A stretch of DNA of 64,000 nucleotides from Lytechinus pictus (GCF_037042905.1 NC_087245.1:43278001-43342000); one strand, 5' to 3'. Counted from the stretch's first letter, positions 25,141 through 38,051 are shown. Translations and numbers: made by a program. The notes: generated from the sequence alone by a model not told the origin.

Positions 25141-26022
25141 CAAAGGTCACAAGGCTGATTGGTACTACCCGAATACAGTGCTTTGTTTAAGAGAACAGTT
25201 TTCTGTCCCGATACCCTAGGTGTATGCATGCACAGATTCAAGAGCGTTTCGTAGGTTAGAAAAGTTGCTTGTATACAGAATGTGCAGAAACCTGGCACGA
25301 TGGAGCAACACTTGTTTGGCAACGCTGTTCGCTTCATATCAAATCATTGACTCAGGCCGGAAGTCAAGAAAAACAACACTACGCAAGCGCAGTAGGTAAT
25401 TAGAGGGAAGGAATGGTAGACATGGATCGCTGCTCAAGCAGGCTTGAATGGGTGCTTCAGGACTATCTCTTTAGTTACATTCGTCTCAGGTCATAACAGA
25501 GGTAAAATACGGGGAAAAATCTTGAAAAAAGTATGTATCATACCATACCAAAATTCTAATCGATTGTGGAGAATGGTGATGTGCAGCATAATCAATTAGC
25601 TTAGAAATTTTTGTCACTTGAAAACACTCATTTTTTGCCAAAAACTTGGTAGAAATCTGCTTTTTTCTCAAAAACATCTTAAGATACACACTTCTAATCT
25701 GCAATATGTGAAAGTACAGATACTTATACCCTAGAATGACATAATTACAATATTTCTTATAGTTACCTTCCCCCTAAATATTTTTTCACACTTTTGGCCA
25801 CAAAACCTTGCTCAAATCTCGAACCTTGCCCCAGCATAGAAGATTGACACTTAGCTTGGAAGCGACCTCAATCTCACAAAATATTGAATAAAAGAATAGA
25901 AAAGTGTTCCATTAACATATTGTTGTTATATCTGTTAGTTAACTGATTCAGTATACATCCAACCTCATCAAGACAAAACATTCTGAAGATTGTTAAGATA
26001 AGGTCTCACTTTTTATCTCAAG

Positions 26023-26176
26023 GTTGAGCTGTTTTCGCAACAAAGAAAGTCTCACAGGGAGATTTTCTGCTTTGTTATATGGGGGATCTAGTGGATGAAG
26101 CTGAAGGGAACCGGCGAGATGCTTTAGACCAAACAGGATTTAGGTACTATTTTCCAAGAAAGGGAAAGCATTTATG
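26023..26176 (+). pseudogene. SET-domain (SETD8/PR-Set7-like) N-terminal exon with in-frame stop
   Basis: AG/GTAAGT-bounded; G*AVFATKKVSQGDFLLCYMGDLVDEAEGNRRD...FRYYFPRKGKHL matches SET GxGVFA..GDF..EY.G.L....E...R; absent from the ORF track. Confidence 0.75.
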
Positions 26177-27593
26177 GTAAGTAGAACATGATAATCCTAA
26201 AACATTTGGATAACCATAAATTTTGTTAATTGTAATCTTTATTTTTTGGTTTAAGTCATAAACAATTTTGTTGACTTAGACTCTGTTTTAGGATTTCAAT
26301 AGACAACTTTGTTGACTTAGACTCTGTTTTAGGTTTTCAATGCTGTCCTTAGCAACCCAAATTTTGACTTACTGTTGACTATTTTTTAAACTGACTTTCT
26401 TAAAATTGGAAGTCATAATTACTGAAAAATTGCCAGAGGCAAAGGTTCTTGTCATGTCACGAAAACTTAGAAAATCAATTTTGTTATTATTTTCTGATAT
26501 GGTGAGTTTCCATTCAATAACTAATACGAGGTGAAAAAAAAATAAAAACTTGTATGTTCATGGTTTTATTTATTGTGGTAACCCCACTTTCTAATTTCAA
26601 GGTCTCTGTTGATTTCTCAAAATTCAAATGGAATTTTTGTACAAAATTTCACCACATCAGTCACAAAAATATAGATCAACTTTTGGAACCAAAATCTCAG
26701 TACATGTACATTTGAAATAAATCTTGGAGAATGATGTTATGGATCATGCCTGGCACCTTTACATAAGACTAGCACAGTTATATATCATTTCCTCATAGAT
26801 TTCTGCAAAGTGAAAGTGAATGTTACAAACAATGTATTTACTATAGACATTGCAATAGTAATCAGGGTCAAAATGTGGGAAATAATTTTTGCTTAAATTT
26901 TAGAATCAAAATTGTTCAACCCAATTATAATGTATGTCCTCTGTACTGTGATAAATTTTCTCCCTTTTGTGCACTGATGAGGCACACCAATAATGTGAAT
27001 ACAAAAGTTTCAGCATGTGTACTTCACATATGTCCTCACCACCATCATTTAATCTGTGAAGACATTTATGACATCCTTAGCAAGTGCAGTAGTGATTCTA
27101 CTGTACATTTAAATGTCCTCAGATCTGTATTGTGAGCATTGTCATAATACATGCATGAAGTGCATGATTGTTAGTTTACCTTGCCTCTCTATGCTCCCTG
27201 GCACATAAGGCATCTCTCCTCATCCAGTCCTGTCCTGAGCTTGACCGATGATGACCATCCAATCGTCTTTGTTTCCCCCCATTCCCCCCTATATTGACGC
27301 CCCTGCGTATGTCCACACATCTGTATTGTGAACATTTTTCACAGTTTTCATACAGTGGTTATCTTGTTCCTTCCTCATTCTTATTCAATTCCATATTATT
27401 CTTTTCTTCATCTTCACACTTGTTTTTTGTATTTGTGTGCTAGATCCTCACATCAGTTACCTACTCTGTTATGTCATACATGTATTGTCATACATTTCCT
27501 ATGACACGATTAGCAAATACAATGCTGATTTTGCAGTACATTACGATGACCTCAATATTTTAGGCAGTAAATACTTATTGTTGCTCAAGTTAA

Positions 27594-29053
27594 AGTTGAA
27601 TTAAGAAGACGATTCCAAATATTGAGATATTTACATTAATAGCAACCTTACAACCCCCCCAAACACTAATAGGTGATTCGACCCCCCATTTTCTTTTTTC
27701 AAAATAGTGAATTTGAACGATTTATCCCTACCCATTTTCCCTGAGTTCGCTCCTGCAATGCCTACCGAGACGGGTGTTCTTTGAGTGTGACGTCACCGGG
27801 GGGTATTCGGTCCCGGTGTAGTCATCAAGGCAGTGCCGTTTTGTGTACTATGCACGTACTCCTTCATATGGAATAACTGCAGTTGAAGTTGTATCTGCGA
27901 GCCATAGAACTTGCAAAGAGGAAATGATTTAAATATTTGTGGCCGTACTATTATTCCAAATATGTGAATTCCCTCAGAATGATACCATAGACCATAAAGG
28001 AATAATTTCAAGGTGAATAATATGAAATTTGATCGAGATCTTCTCACCAGTCGATAACGTAGCAGACGTGTTTTTATGACATATTTATCCGCGTGTGACG
28101 CGGCTCTTGCAAAAAAACACAGTTGGTTGCGGAATTGCTTTGTGCCGACCGGCCGCCCGCTCCGGCGCAGCTAGCTGTCGAGCTACCGTACCGTTCTTGT
28201 TGTCTTCAACCATAGAGATGTATACTAATTACTATATATCTTTCTGTCTTCAACTCACTTCCGAATTGCGTTTGTATGTGTGACGGTGACCCCTAGCGTA
28301 ATTAAATATAGAAAACAACTCAGAAGGCCGAGAAAGAATACTATACGTTTGGTTCAAGATTGTTCTGTGGAATGAGCTATGAGTGGAAATGATCCAGAGG
28401 ATATAAAAGTGGAGTCAAAGACAAAAGAAAAGAAGAAAAAACGCCAGGGGATCGCTGCACGGCCATGAACTAAGTCGACATACCAGACCATAACAGTACA
28501 CTCAATGCCTGGGTACGGGTGTTGTGTGTACTAGTATTATGCGTTCAGCGCGCGCTGAGCTAGCCGCCGGAATTACTTTCCAGCTACTCACTTGATTGAA
28601 CATCGTGATAAAATAAATGAGAAATAGTGAAAATATCATTCAATAACTCACTGTTTGCTATCTTACATCATGATTGAAGAGTTCATGGTGGTTATTCATA
28701 CTGTTTTTTATACAGGGAAAGTAAAGATTTGTACATATCAGTCCTATTTGTTTGATTTGAGTTGCTTTGAAAAAAAATTGTAAAATATATTTCTCTCTCT
28801 GCATAGCATTTCTGTATGACATTCAGGCACCTCTTATACTAAATTCCCCCCGGTGACGTCACACTCCGAGTGACTTTTCTGTACACTCGTCTCTCGGGCT
28901 CTGACAGGTGGCTAATTTCATAGACTTTCAAAGCAAAATATCGAGAAGGCAGAGGATTATTGTGACATGCTATGTGTTTGAACAACTTATATATACTATA
29001 TATTGTATGTAGAACCTATATTTATGGAAACTCACCCCCTTCTTAATTCAACT
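27594..29053. mobile_element. Kolobok-like non-autonomous DNA transposon, 1.46 kb
   Basis: TTAA on both sides; TIR AGTTGAATTAAGAAG / CTTCTTAATTCAACT; internal inverted GTGACGTCACCGGGGGG at ~27787 and ~28846. Confidence 0.8.
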
Positions 29054-29619
29054 TTAAAGACCAGAAAAGGTATAATTTGTACTAAGAAGAATAAATGGGA
29101 AGAGAATTCCCAAGAACTAAACATATACATGTATGTGTATAAATTGATAATTTGCACAACATTTCCTTGAAACCAAGCCAGTTGCAGAGTTCAAAGAGAA
29201 AATATCTGCCTATGCCTAAACTGCCTATTCTAAAATGGTTCATAGTTTTAGGAGATTCTTCAGATGATTTCCCTCACCGTCTTTAACCATAAGACTTCAC
29301 TCACATTATTCAAACATAAATGGGTTCATGGTGAAGCAGCTCTGTGGATTGGAATCAATGCTGAAGTGCCAAGTTCTTTTTTAGAGTGGATGTATTTGAA
29401 CTTCGAAGCCTTATCATTTCTGCAGGTATCCCCTTCAGCATCACACACTGGCCTGCTGACCATTCCCATAAATCTGATTCCTCTTGGCATTTATAACTAC
29501 AGCATCACCAGCCTGTCCACTACCAGGAGTTAGGGTTATATATTAAATGTACACCCATTTGCTGCATTTACAGTGTTAAGTGTTACTGCTTCCACCAATA
29601 GTAATTGAACTGTGTCCGT

Positions 29620-29764
29620 CCAGTTTTCATGAACTAGGTCCATATACTTTCTAAGTTATGCTGTCATTTAAAAAACTTAACCTTAGGTTAAGATTTGGTG
29701 TTGACGCCGCCGTCGGAAAAGCGGCGCCAATAGTCTCACTCTGCTATGCAGGTGAGACAAAAAC
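29620..29764. mobile_element. Terminal fragment of a HINE family also present at 40367-41491 and 60671-61856
   Basis: Shares GGAAAAGCGGCGCC...AGTCTCACTCTGCTATGCAGGTGAGACAAAAA with those copies. Confidence 0.8.
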
Positions 29765-31545
29765 CAAATCAAGCAGTAGGTATCAAGCAGCACAGAAATT
29801 CATGGCAAGAGCAATGAGAAGATATCAAATGAAAACTGATAATGCTGGTCACCGGAAGTATGACAAGGTTGCTTTTTGTATGGTATGTGAAAAGCCACAA
29901 AAGAAACTTCCTGATCATCTGTGTTCCCAGCATGCTCATGATGTTGAGGTTGGTCAGTACATGGCAACAAAACTTGGGAAAGAGAAAGACAAGCTACTGA
30001 CATTGATAAGAAATAAGGGTAAGCACTTTCATAATTACAAGGTCATAGAAGAAGGCCATGGTGAGCTTATCGTCATTTACAGACCAAACTATGATGTTAA
30101 CCCACATGATTATCTGCCTTGCAAGGATTGCTTAGGATGGTATTCCAGATCAGAGCAATGGAAGCACTGTTGTGTTCAAAGGCAAGGCACATCAACCAAT
30201 GACAAGAAGAAACGTAGAAGAGTATGTGCACAAAGTCGACTCTTGATGCCTCCTCTGCTAAATACCACAGGGGACTCTCTCACACAGCAAGTTCTGGCTG
30301 GCCTTAATGATGACGAAATCAAGGCCTGCATTATAAATGACCCCTTGATCCTCGAATTGGCAAGAGTATATTCGCAGAAATTGGGACATGAAGAAACACA
30401 GCATAACCACTTAAGATGCAAGTTACGTGAACTCGCAAGGCTAGTCCTTCAATTCAGATGCTGTACTGGCAAGGCTAAGGCAACTCTGACTTCACTGATA
30501 TCACCACATGATTTTATGACTGTTAATGAAGCTGTCAAGAAAGTAGCAGGTTTTGATGAGGAGACCCATCTCTTCGTTACGCCAAGTTTGGCTCTTAAAC
30601 TAGGGCACACATTAAAACAAGCTGCTTGTGTGCTGATGCGTAAAGCATTGATGGAGAAAGAAGGAGATGCCATGCATACAAATGTAAAGAAGTTCATTAA
30701 ACTGTTGGAGACTTGCTGGGCACCTGAGATTTCCACACATGCCCTTCGAACGCTTTACAAGAGAAAACGTAACAAGCCCAAACTCCTACCTGTAACAAGC
30801 GATGTTTTGGCTCTGACACAACACCTTGAGGAAAAGGCTAAACTCTGTGTAGCATGTCTATCTAATGAGACCATGATGGAATACTCCTCCACCTGGAAAG
30901 AATTGAACAAAATTATGCTAACACATCTCATTGTCTTCAACAGAAGAAGGCAAGGGGAAATCAGTAAAATGACCTTGCAAGACTACAAAGAGATTTAAAG
31001 AGGTGAATCACACACGGTTGAAGGGCAACTAGAAATGCTCGAAGAATGGGAGAAACAGCTTGTGAAACTTCTTAGGAGGGTCGAAGTAGTAGGAAAACGT
31101 GGAAGGATGGTGCCCATATTAATGACAGAGATCATGAAGTCATGTGTTGATGCTCTGGTCACCCACAGGGATAAAGCAGGAGTAAACCCAAATAACAAGT
31201 ATGTGTTTGCTGTTGGCAACATTGATACCACATGCTCTTCATGAACTTTCACAAGCATGTGGAGCAAAAAGACCTGCAACACTGCGGTCAACAAAGTTGA
31301 GGAAGCATGTAGCTACAATGGCGCAGCTGGTGAGTTTGCGGGATCACGAAATGGATGCATTAGCAAACTTCATGGGTCACGATATTAGAATTCATAGGGA
31401 GTACTACAGACTACCTGATGCAGCAATATAAGTGGTTAAAATCTCAAAGATCCTTTTTGCCATTGAGGGAAAGGCTGGCAACCCAGTCCAGCTTATGGGC
31501 ACTGCCAGAAGTCTCGATGACCTCGAGCTTGGCATAAATGAAGAT
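29765..31545 (+). pseudogene. Crypton-like (CryptonV-type) tyrosine recombinase
   Basis: CxxC...H...H finger, RNKGKHFHN, YLPCKDC, PSLALKLGH, FNRRRQGE (R), GKRGR (K), STKLRKH, MGHDIRIHREYY (H, Y); stops at 30996 and 31429, frameshift near 31230. Confidence 0.8.
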
Positions 31546-31794
31546 TAGTCAAAATGAATTCATGTATTATTTGATAATCTGTTGATAGCATCTGTGACTG
31601 TCTTACAATGAGTTGTGGACTGAGATATTGATTCACGTAGGTCTGTGATGAAAAAAATTAAGTGCCTTATTATTCAATGTTTAGACAAAAAAATAATACT
31701 TACTTTGGCCTGAAAATTGTTACGGTTAACCTACTTTTATCTGTGTGCAGGGACAGTTTTAAAGCTAGAACAATGTATTGCTTTTGTTTTTAGT

Positions 31795-32015
31795 TGGATG
31801 CTGAATAATTATCTTAAATGAAACAATATCAAAAGGGAATTTTTCTTCATTTCCTCACAGCAGATCTTTAAAATCAATAACAATAGTATAAAAGTTTGAT
31901 TATTCAGTGTGAAACCTTCTAATACTGCAAGGAATTTAGGAAGATATTTTGATAGAAACCTGAACATGGAAACACAAGTCATAAATGTATGTAAATAAAC
32001 ATTTTATTGTCTGTA
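31795..32015 (+). pseudogene. Old L2/CR1 reverse-transcriptase fragment
   Basis: WMLNNYLK*NNIKREF...VKPSNTARNLGRYFDRNLNMETQVINVCK. Confidence 0.6.
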
Positions 32016-32139
32016 TTAAAGATAAATGCCAGTTGTGTTAACTATTTCAAAGTGAGTTTTTACAGAATCCAATAAAATGACCACCCAAGTGTCTGTATGA
32101 ATAAAAAATATGTGTCAAATACGGAAGCTTAAGAGTGCC

Positions 32140-32548
32140 AACGAGATGACGAGATAATTCCTCGTCTTCTCGACTTTTTTGGTCCAATAAGGCGAGAAGG
32201 TGAAATTCCAAATCACGTTTTCCCGACTTCTTGGGTACGAGAAGGGGAGAAGGCGACATTTGCAATCTCGTCTTCCCGACTTCTCGGGTACGAGAAGGGG
32301 AGAAGGCGAGATTTGTAAGGGGAGATTTGTAATCTCGTCTTCCCGACTTCTTGGGTACGAGAAGGTGAGAAAGCGAGATTTGTAATCTCGTCTTCCCGAC
32401 TTCTCGGATACGAGAAGGTGAGCAGGCAAGATTCCAAATCTCGTCTTTTCGTCTTCTCGGGTATAAGAAGGTGAGAAGGCGAGAGTTAATATAACGTCGA
32501 TGGGTTCAAACCCGCCAAGGCGCCTTATCAGCATACGAGAAGGCGACT
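32140..32548. repeat. Imperfect tandem array of 50-70 bp units with core TCTCGTCTTCCCGACTTCTCGGGTACGAGAAGG
   Basis: About six copies, each self-complementary (TCTCGT...ACGAGA; CCCGA...TCGGG); probably the inside of a MITE. Confidence 0.75.
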
Positions 32549-32689
32549 AGACAAAGTACTTTCAGCATGCGTTTTAATATGCACGCGCTTCAAAAGTACA
32601 AGTCCTAACGTGTCGATCATATTAATATTGCATGCAGTGCGCGCATGCAAAGCATTCAAACAAAGATCTTGGGCCTGGGCAATGTGGAC

Positions 32690-34364
32690 AGTAGTCAGTA
32701 GTCACCTTCACTTAAGTAAAGTTCAACTGGATCTGAACTTAAGACTAGACTAGACAGACTCCTAAGTTGGATTCTAGATCTAGATCTAGAATCTATAGTA
32801 GACTCTAGGTCTACTACTATTATAGATCTAGTCTAGGGTCTACTCACCTAGGCCTATAGACTCTAGACTATAAGTGTAGGATCTATAGAGTCTAGACAAG
32901 TCTATAGGCCTAGATCTACTTTAGTCCTAGAACTTAAAAGACTATTCTAGGCCTAGATCTTACTAGATCTTCTTTAAGTAAACTCCAGGGAGCGTCGACT
33001 TCGGATTCGGAGCTCCCTTGAGTTGACCGCTGGATTCATGGCAAACTGCTGTAGACTAGGCCTACAATGCAATTGCATACCGTACCGCGGTACTGGTACG
33101 GTACGGTACTGGGTATGCAATTGTATTACAGTGCAGTCTGTCGTGAAAAACGATGAATCCCGTGAGAAAGTGTATATTACAAGTCTTCATTTTTAGGAAA
33201 AATACTCCAAAAAAGATAAGAAAATTGACATGAAAGGGATAAGAAACATAGCGACTTTTAAATCATGACCATTATTTGAACAATTGATGAAGATTTAGTT
33301 GATTTTTTGGTATGTTTTAGTAGGGTATCTCCACGCCAGAGTTACGGGTCAAAAAATGGATACGGAACTACACTAGCGCCGGTTCTTCTTGGGCTTGGCC
33401 AAACCCCCAAAAAATTGTGTGCAAGAGTCGGTGGTAAAGTCTAAAGACATTTCCGGCCAAAATCCAAATTATTTCAATCAAATAGCCTAGACCTAGGTCT
33501 AGACCTAGATCTAACCAGGAATCTGAGAATATGCTATTGACAATAACATTTATTACGACTTTTATTAAATCATGACCATTATTTGAATAATTGATGAAGA
33601 TTTAATTGATTTGTTGGTATATGTTAGTAGCCTAGACCTAAGGTGGGTAGGCCTAGTCTAAGGACTCTCCACGCGGGAGTAGATCTAGACCCTCTAGGCC
33701 TACTTACGGATACGGGTCAAACAATGGATACGAAAGTAGATCTAGATCTAGACCAAAAGCTTCAGTCTCTAATCTATATCGTCGGTTGTTCCACTGAGAC
33801 TGCGTCTGGCTCCACTAACTAGACCTCCGGATTTAGATCTAGACTAGGCCTAGAGAGTCTAGATCTAGATCTAGAGTCTATGTGTAGAAGTCTAGACTAG
33901 AGCGAGTATGGGGAATGTCGACAAATGTCAGTTTTATTAAAGAATGACCCGTACCAGACGGTTGTTTCTGTCTACAGTCTGACTATAGATCTATGTGAGT
34001 AGCTAGGTCTAGACCTTAGTCCTTACTACTACTAGACCTAATACTATTATTACTAGAGGTCTAGTCTAGATTCTAGATCTATATTAGAATGATCTAGACG
34101 GAAGACCTAGTCTAGTCTAGACTAGGTCTAGGCTAGCCTATATACTATAGACCTCTAGGCCCTACTACTACATTACTACGAACTCTAGAACTAGTCTAGA
34201 CTAGTAATAGACTAGATCTAGACCTAGGGTCTAGTATTCTAGACTGCTAGAGTAGACCTAGGGCCTAGACTATAGTCTACTATAGTCTAGCCTACTACTA
34301 TTAATGTCTAGGCCTAACAAATTAAACAAGTTAGTCTAGATCTATCATCTAGACTTCTAGATCT
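32690..34364. repeat. CTAG/TCTAGA palindromic low-complexity tracts (32690-33065 and 33480-34364)
   Basis: Dense TCTAGA, AGGCCT, ACTAGT and CTATAG palindromes interspersed with unique sequence. Confidence 0.9.
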
Positions 34365-35874
34365 TTGATAATATCACAAATTGTTTACCCTGCAACTGTA
34401 ATACACGTGCCAAACAACCTGGCACGTGAATTAGAGAAAATGATGTATATATTTATTTGGGGCTCGAAAAAAGAAAAGATAAAACGAAATGTTTGTATTA
34501 ATTCATTCAATAAAGGAGGATTAGATATGATAGACTTAAATTCAAAATTATCTTCATTAAAACTTTCATGGATTTCAAAATATTTAAAATATGATGATCA
34601 ACCATGGATGTACTTGTTCAAATTTTGGACAGCAAAGATAGGACCGATGCCCTTGTGTCTCCGTTTCAATTGTTCGAAAAAAGATATGTTAATTGTATGT
34701 ATGAAAAAACAAATTCCATCCTTTTATACAGATCTATTATGCTCTTGGTATGACATACGATTTACTGAATATCACAATTAATAGTATTAATAGTATAAAA
34801 CACGAAATTTTATGGTATAACAGTCATATAAAATTTGAAAGAAACCTTTTATATTTCAACAGATGGTCCGACCACAATATCTTTTATGTTCACCAATTAT
34901 TACGTAATCATGCCTGGAAACCTTCCGAAGAAATTTTTGAAAGAGTAGCATGTAAATCACTTTTAGTCGAGTTTGAATATTCAAAGCTAAAAAGAGCTGT
35001 CCCAGCTGAATGGACTGACAAATGTGACACCTTTTCTTCAAAGCTTCCAGAAGATCTTTTTGAAATTAGTGGAGGAGATATTGTAAACTTAAAGAACATG
35101 AAATCAAAAGATTTTTATGTTTTACTTGTAACCAAAAAAAAGTCTGATCCACACATTATACAATACTGGCAATCTAAATTAGAATTACCAGTAAACTTTG
35201 ATTGGCAAAATGTTTTTAATTTCAAACTAAAGTATTTAAAGTATAACAAGATTCGACAATACAACTTGAAAATGCTTCACAATTTATTACCCTTTAAATT
35301 CAATTTATGTCGTTGGAAATTAGCTAATGACACATCTTGTATGTTCTGTGAAGCAGAAGAAACTTTTGTTCATATTATGTTAGAATGTAATCCTGTTGCC
35401 AATTTTTGGATAAAGATAAAGAATTCTCTGCAATTTATGTTTAAAATTGCAATTCCTATTAACGAAACGACGTTGTTCATTGGATACAAAATTCACGATT
35501 GCAAGTTTACGTTGGTTAACTTGTTTATGATATTTGCACAGTATGCAATATACAAATCTTATGTCATGTATAAGATGCAAGGAAGAGCTTTTAATATATA
35601 TTCAATTTGGTATGAGTTCAAGAAAGAGATACTTTTTTATGTAAAATGGCGATTTAAATCCAATGTTCATTTAATTCAAATGCTCAAAGAGCTTTAACCC
35701 TATAGAGAAATTTCATCTTTATCACATTTTAGATTAAATTGTTGATGTCTATAACATGTTTATATGTAACTTGTTTTGTAACTCTACACGCACTGTGCCT
35801 CGAAAGAAATTGTTAAAATGAGAAAGGAATATGAAGAATAAAGTACCTCTGAACGAGGAAAAGAAAAAAAAAAA
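34365..35874 (+). mobile_element. 5'-truncated L1/Tx1-clade LINE with poly(A) and 17-bp TSD
   Basis: FIWG...KGGLDM, zf-RVT-like C-terminus CMFCEAEETFVHIMLEC, AATAAA 35837, A-tail; TCTAGACTTCTAGATCT at 34348-34364 and 35875-35891; one frameshift near 34770. Confidence 0.9.
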
Positions 35875-35959
35875 TCTAGACTTCTAGATCTATTTTGCAG
35901 ATATGGATAGCACGTAGGCCTAGGCCTACGTTGACGTAGCGGACAAGTGTACAATTTTG

Positions 35960-36640
35960 GTGTTCAACTTCATGACGAGTTGTGGGTTGGTGCCCTTGGC
36001 CTTAGGCCCCTTGGGGGGGGGGGGGCTAAAGGGAGATATCACATTTCCATCTTCTTCAAAGGAGCCAGTGGTGGATTTCAACCAAATTTGGTGGGAATCA
36101 TCCTTAGGGCCTTAAAGTTAGGGGTAAGGAGCCAAAGTTAATATTTGACCCCCAGGTGGGCACTGGGGGAGGGACCCCAAGGCCAGGGTTAAAGTGGCTA
36201 AAACTGTAACTGTATCTAAGCATGTTTTTTCCAGATCCAGAAGGAGTGCAATAAAGATATTTTATGTTTTTGTATGTTGATGATAGCGATACTGTTAATG
36301 TTATAGATCTAGGTGAAGAATATTAATTTTTCATGACAAGTCCTGAAGGGGGGGGGACCTTTGGCATGAGGGGGATCACATTTTCATTCTTCTTTTGAAC
36401 AAGTCGCCAGAGTCAGATAAAGTTGATAGGAATCATCCTTAGGGGCAGGGCACCCAAATCAGAGGGGGGTGGCTAGGCTTCTAAGTTTTGATGGGGCTGA
36501 GGGGGTAACATTTTAATCTTCTACAATATTCATTTTTAGATTTCAACAGTGAGCAGATAGTCCTGTTCCAATTGACAGGAAAATTATGTGAATTTGAATG
36601 GCATGCTCAGGTGAGCTTCTGTTCCAGCGGGGCTCTTGTA
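35960..36640 (+). mobile_element. 3' part of a GGGGCCCC-rich HINE-like element (5' part of a related family at 42890-43660)
   Basis: Shared CATCTTCTTC...GGATTTCAACCAAA(C/T)TTG units; ends CTCAGGTGAGC...GGGGCTCTTGT, while 42890 starts TTTAGCTCCCCTGAGC. Confidence 0.55.
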
Positions 36641-37607
36641 AGTTTATTACTCTTTCTTTCTCTCTCTCTCTCTAGGGAGTCTACCAGTGGGTCATCGGAT
36701 GAAGGCAATTCAACTAAAGATTGTACGGATTCTAAGGGCTGTAACATCCTTTTCCGGTTTCGTGGGAGGGCGAGGGAGACCAATGCTCCCTTTGGAACGA
36801 CTCGTGAACAGCTTCTTGGCATAGGCCTCACGGTACATTTTGAATATATTGTTACAGAGTCTCAATTAGTCAATATTTCTGTACAGTGTGTATATGAGAA
36901 GCAACCAGAATTAATGAAGGAAAGTTGGGAGAGCATTAATGGAGGTAAACAAGCGCTTCGGGACTGAAATCTGGGGGACGGGGGGGTGAGATGGGTCAAA
37001 AGACCCAGCCTGATTAGGGTTAACCTCATTCACATTTTATTTTTTATTTGTTTTAAATGCACTAGGGTGACTAGGCCATGATGATAATGTGATAAAAATA
37101 ATGAAAATGAATAGTATATCAATGTGCCATATGCTCTTTTGAGCATGGCCGTTCACAGAATTTCTTTCGGGAGGTGGGGGGAGGCAGACACGCTTAAACG
37201 TTCTCAAGTTGAAAGCGAGACAGCGAAGCGACAAAGCTTGTCATTTGGGCTTGGTCGCGTGACTGTCTCGCTTTCAAGATTTTTTGAGAAAGTTTACACG
37301 CTTCATGCTCCCCCCAGGAAAAAAATTCTGCATAAGACCATGATGATGAGATAAAAATAATGAAAATGAAAAGTATATATAAATCAATGTGCCAGGCTCT
37401 TTTGAGCATGGCCGTACACAGAATGCGCGTAAACGTTCTCAAGTTGAAAGCGACACAGCAAAGCGACCAGCAAGCTTGTCATTAGGGCACTTTTTTGAGT
37501 TTTAAAGGTGAAATATAAGGCGTTCGTGCACACTTTTTGTGAATTTTGTGATAATTTTCAAATAAAACAAATAAGTTTTCAAAAATTAAGGGGGCGGGGT
37601 GAAATCG

Positions 37608-37899
37608 AACGGGGAGCGTTGGTATGGGCATGTGCTAAGGAGGGATGATGGGCATGTGTTGAGAAGGGCTCTTGAGTTTGAGGTGAGCGGACCGAGAATG
37701 AGAGGAAGGCCAAAGAGAACGTGGAAGATGCAAGTGGAGGAGGACAGGAAGAGGGTCGGGATGGGAATACGGGATGCACTAAACCGTGTAAAGTGGAGGG
37801 AGGGGGTAAGGGCAATTGCCACTAGCTTGAGGTAAATCCGGCCACCCTCATTACAAGGGGATAAAACCGGATTCAAAACCTTGTACTACTACTACTAGT
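37608..37899 (+). mobile_element. 3' end of an RTE-clade LINE
   Basis: RWYGHVLRRDDGHVLRRALEFEVSGPRMRGRPKRTW...DALNRVKWR, short UTR, (TAC)n tail. Confidence 0.85.
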
Positions 37900-38051
37900 A
37901 TCAAGTGTGTTCATCTTCCAACATTATTTTAATTTAATATTGCACACCCCTTGTTATAAACTATAAAATAAGATAATTATGTTTTTATAAACTATGCAGT
38001 AGATACATCTATAGACATAAATTTGCATTTTACATTTTTCATTTTGACTAG

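Noticed and set aside
29658..29764. ORF-track start of the recombinase ORF
   Set aside because: The first ~35 codons are read-through of a HINE end found elsewhere in the window, not recombinase sequence
21635..32115. One 10-kb composite transposon bounded by inverted ends
   Set aside because: The TTAA termini face the interval from outside, so they are ends of two separate elements and do not enclose it
32140..32548. CRISPR-like array
   Set aside because: Linkers are related to each other rather than unique spacers, there are no cas genes, and the context is eukaryotic
36572..36967. 131-aa ORF
   Set aside because: It spans a HINE end, a CT microsatellite and unrelated sequence, with no recognisable motif
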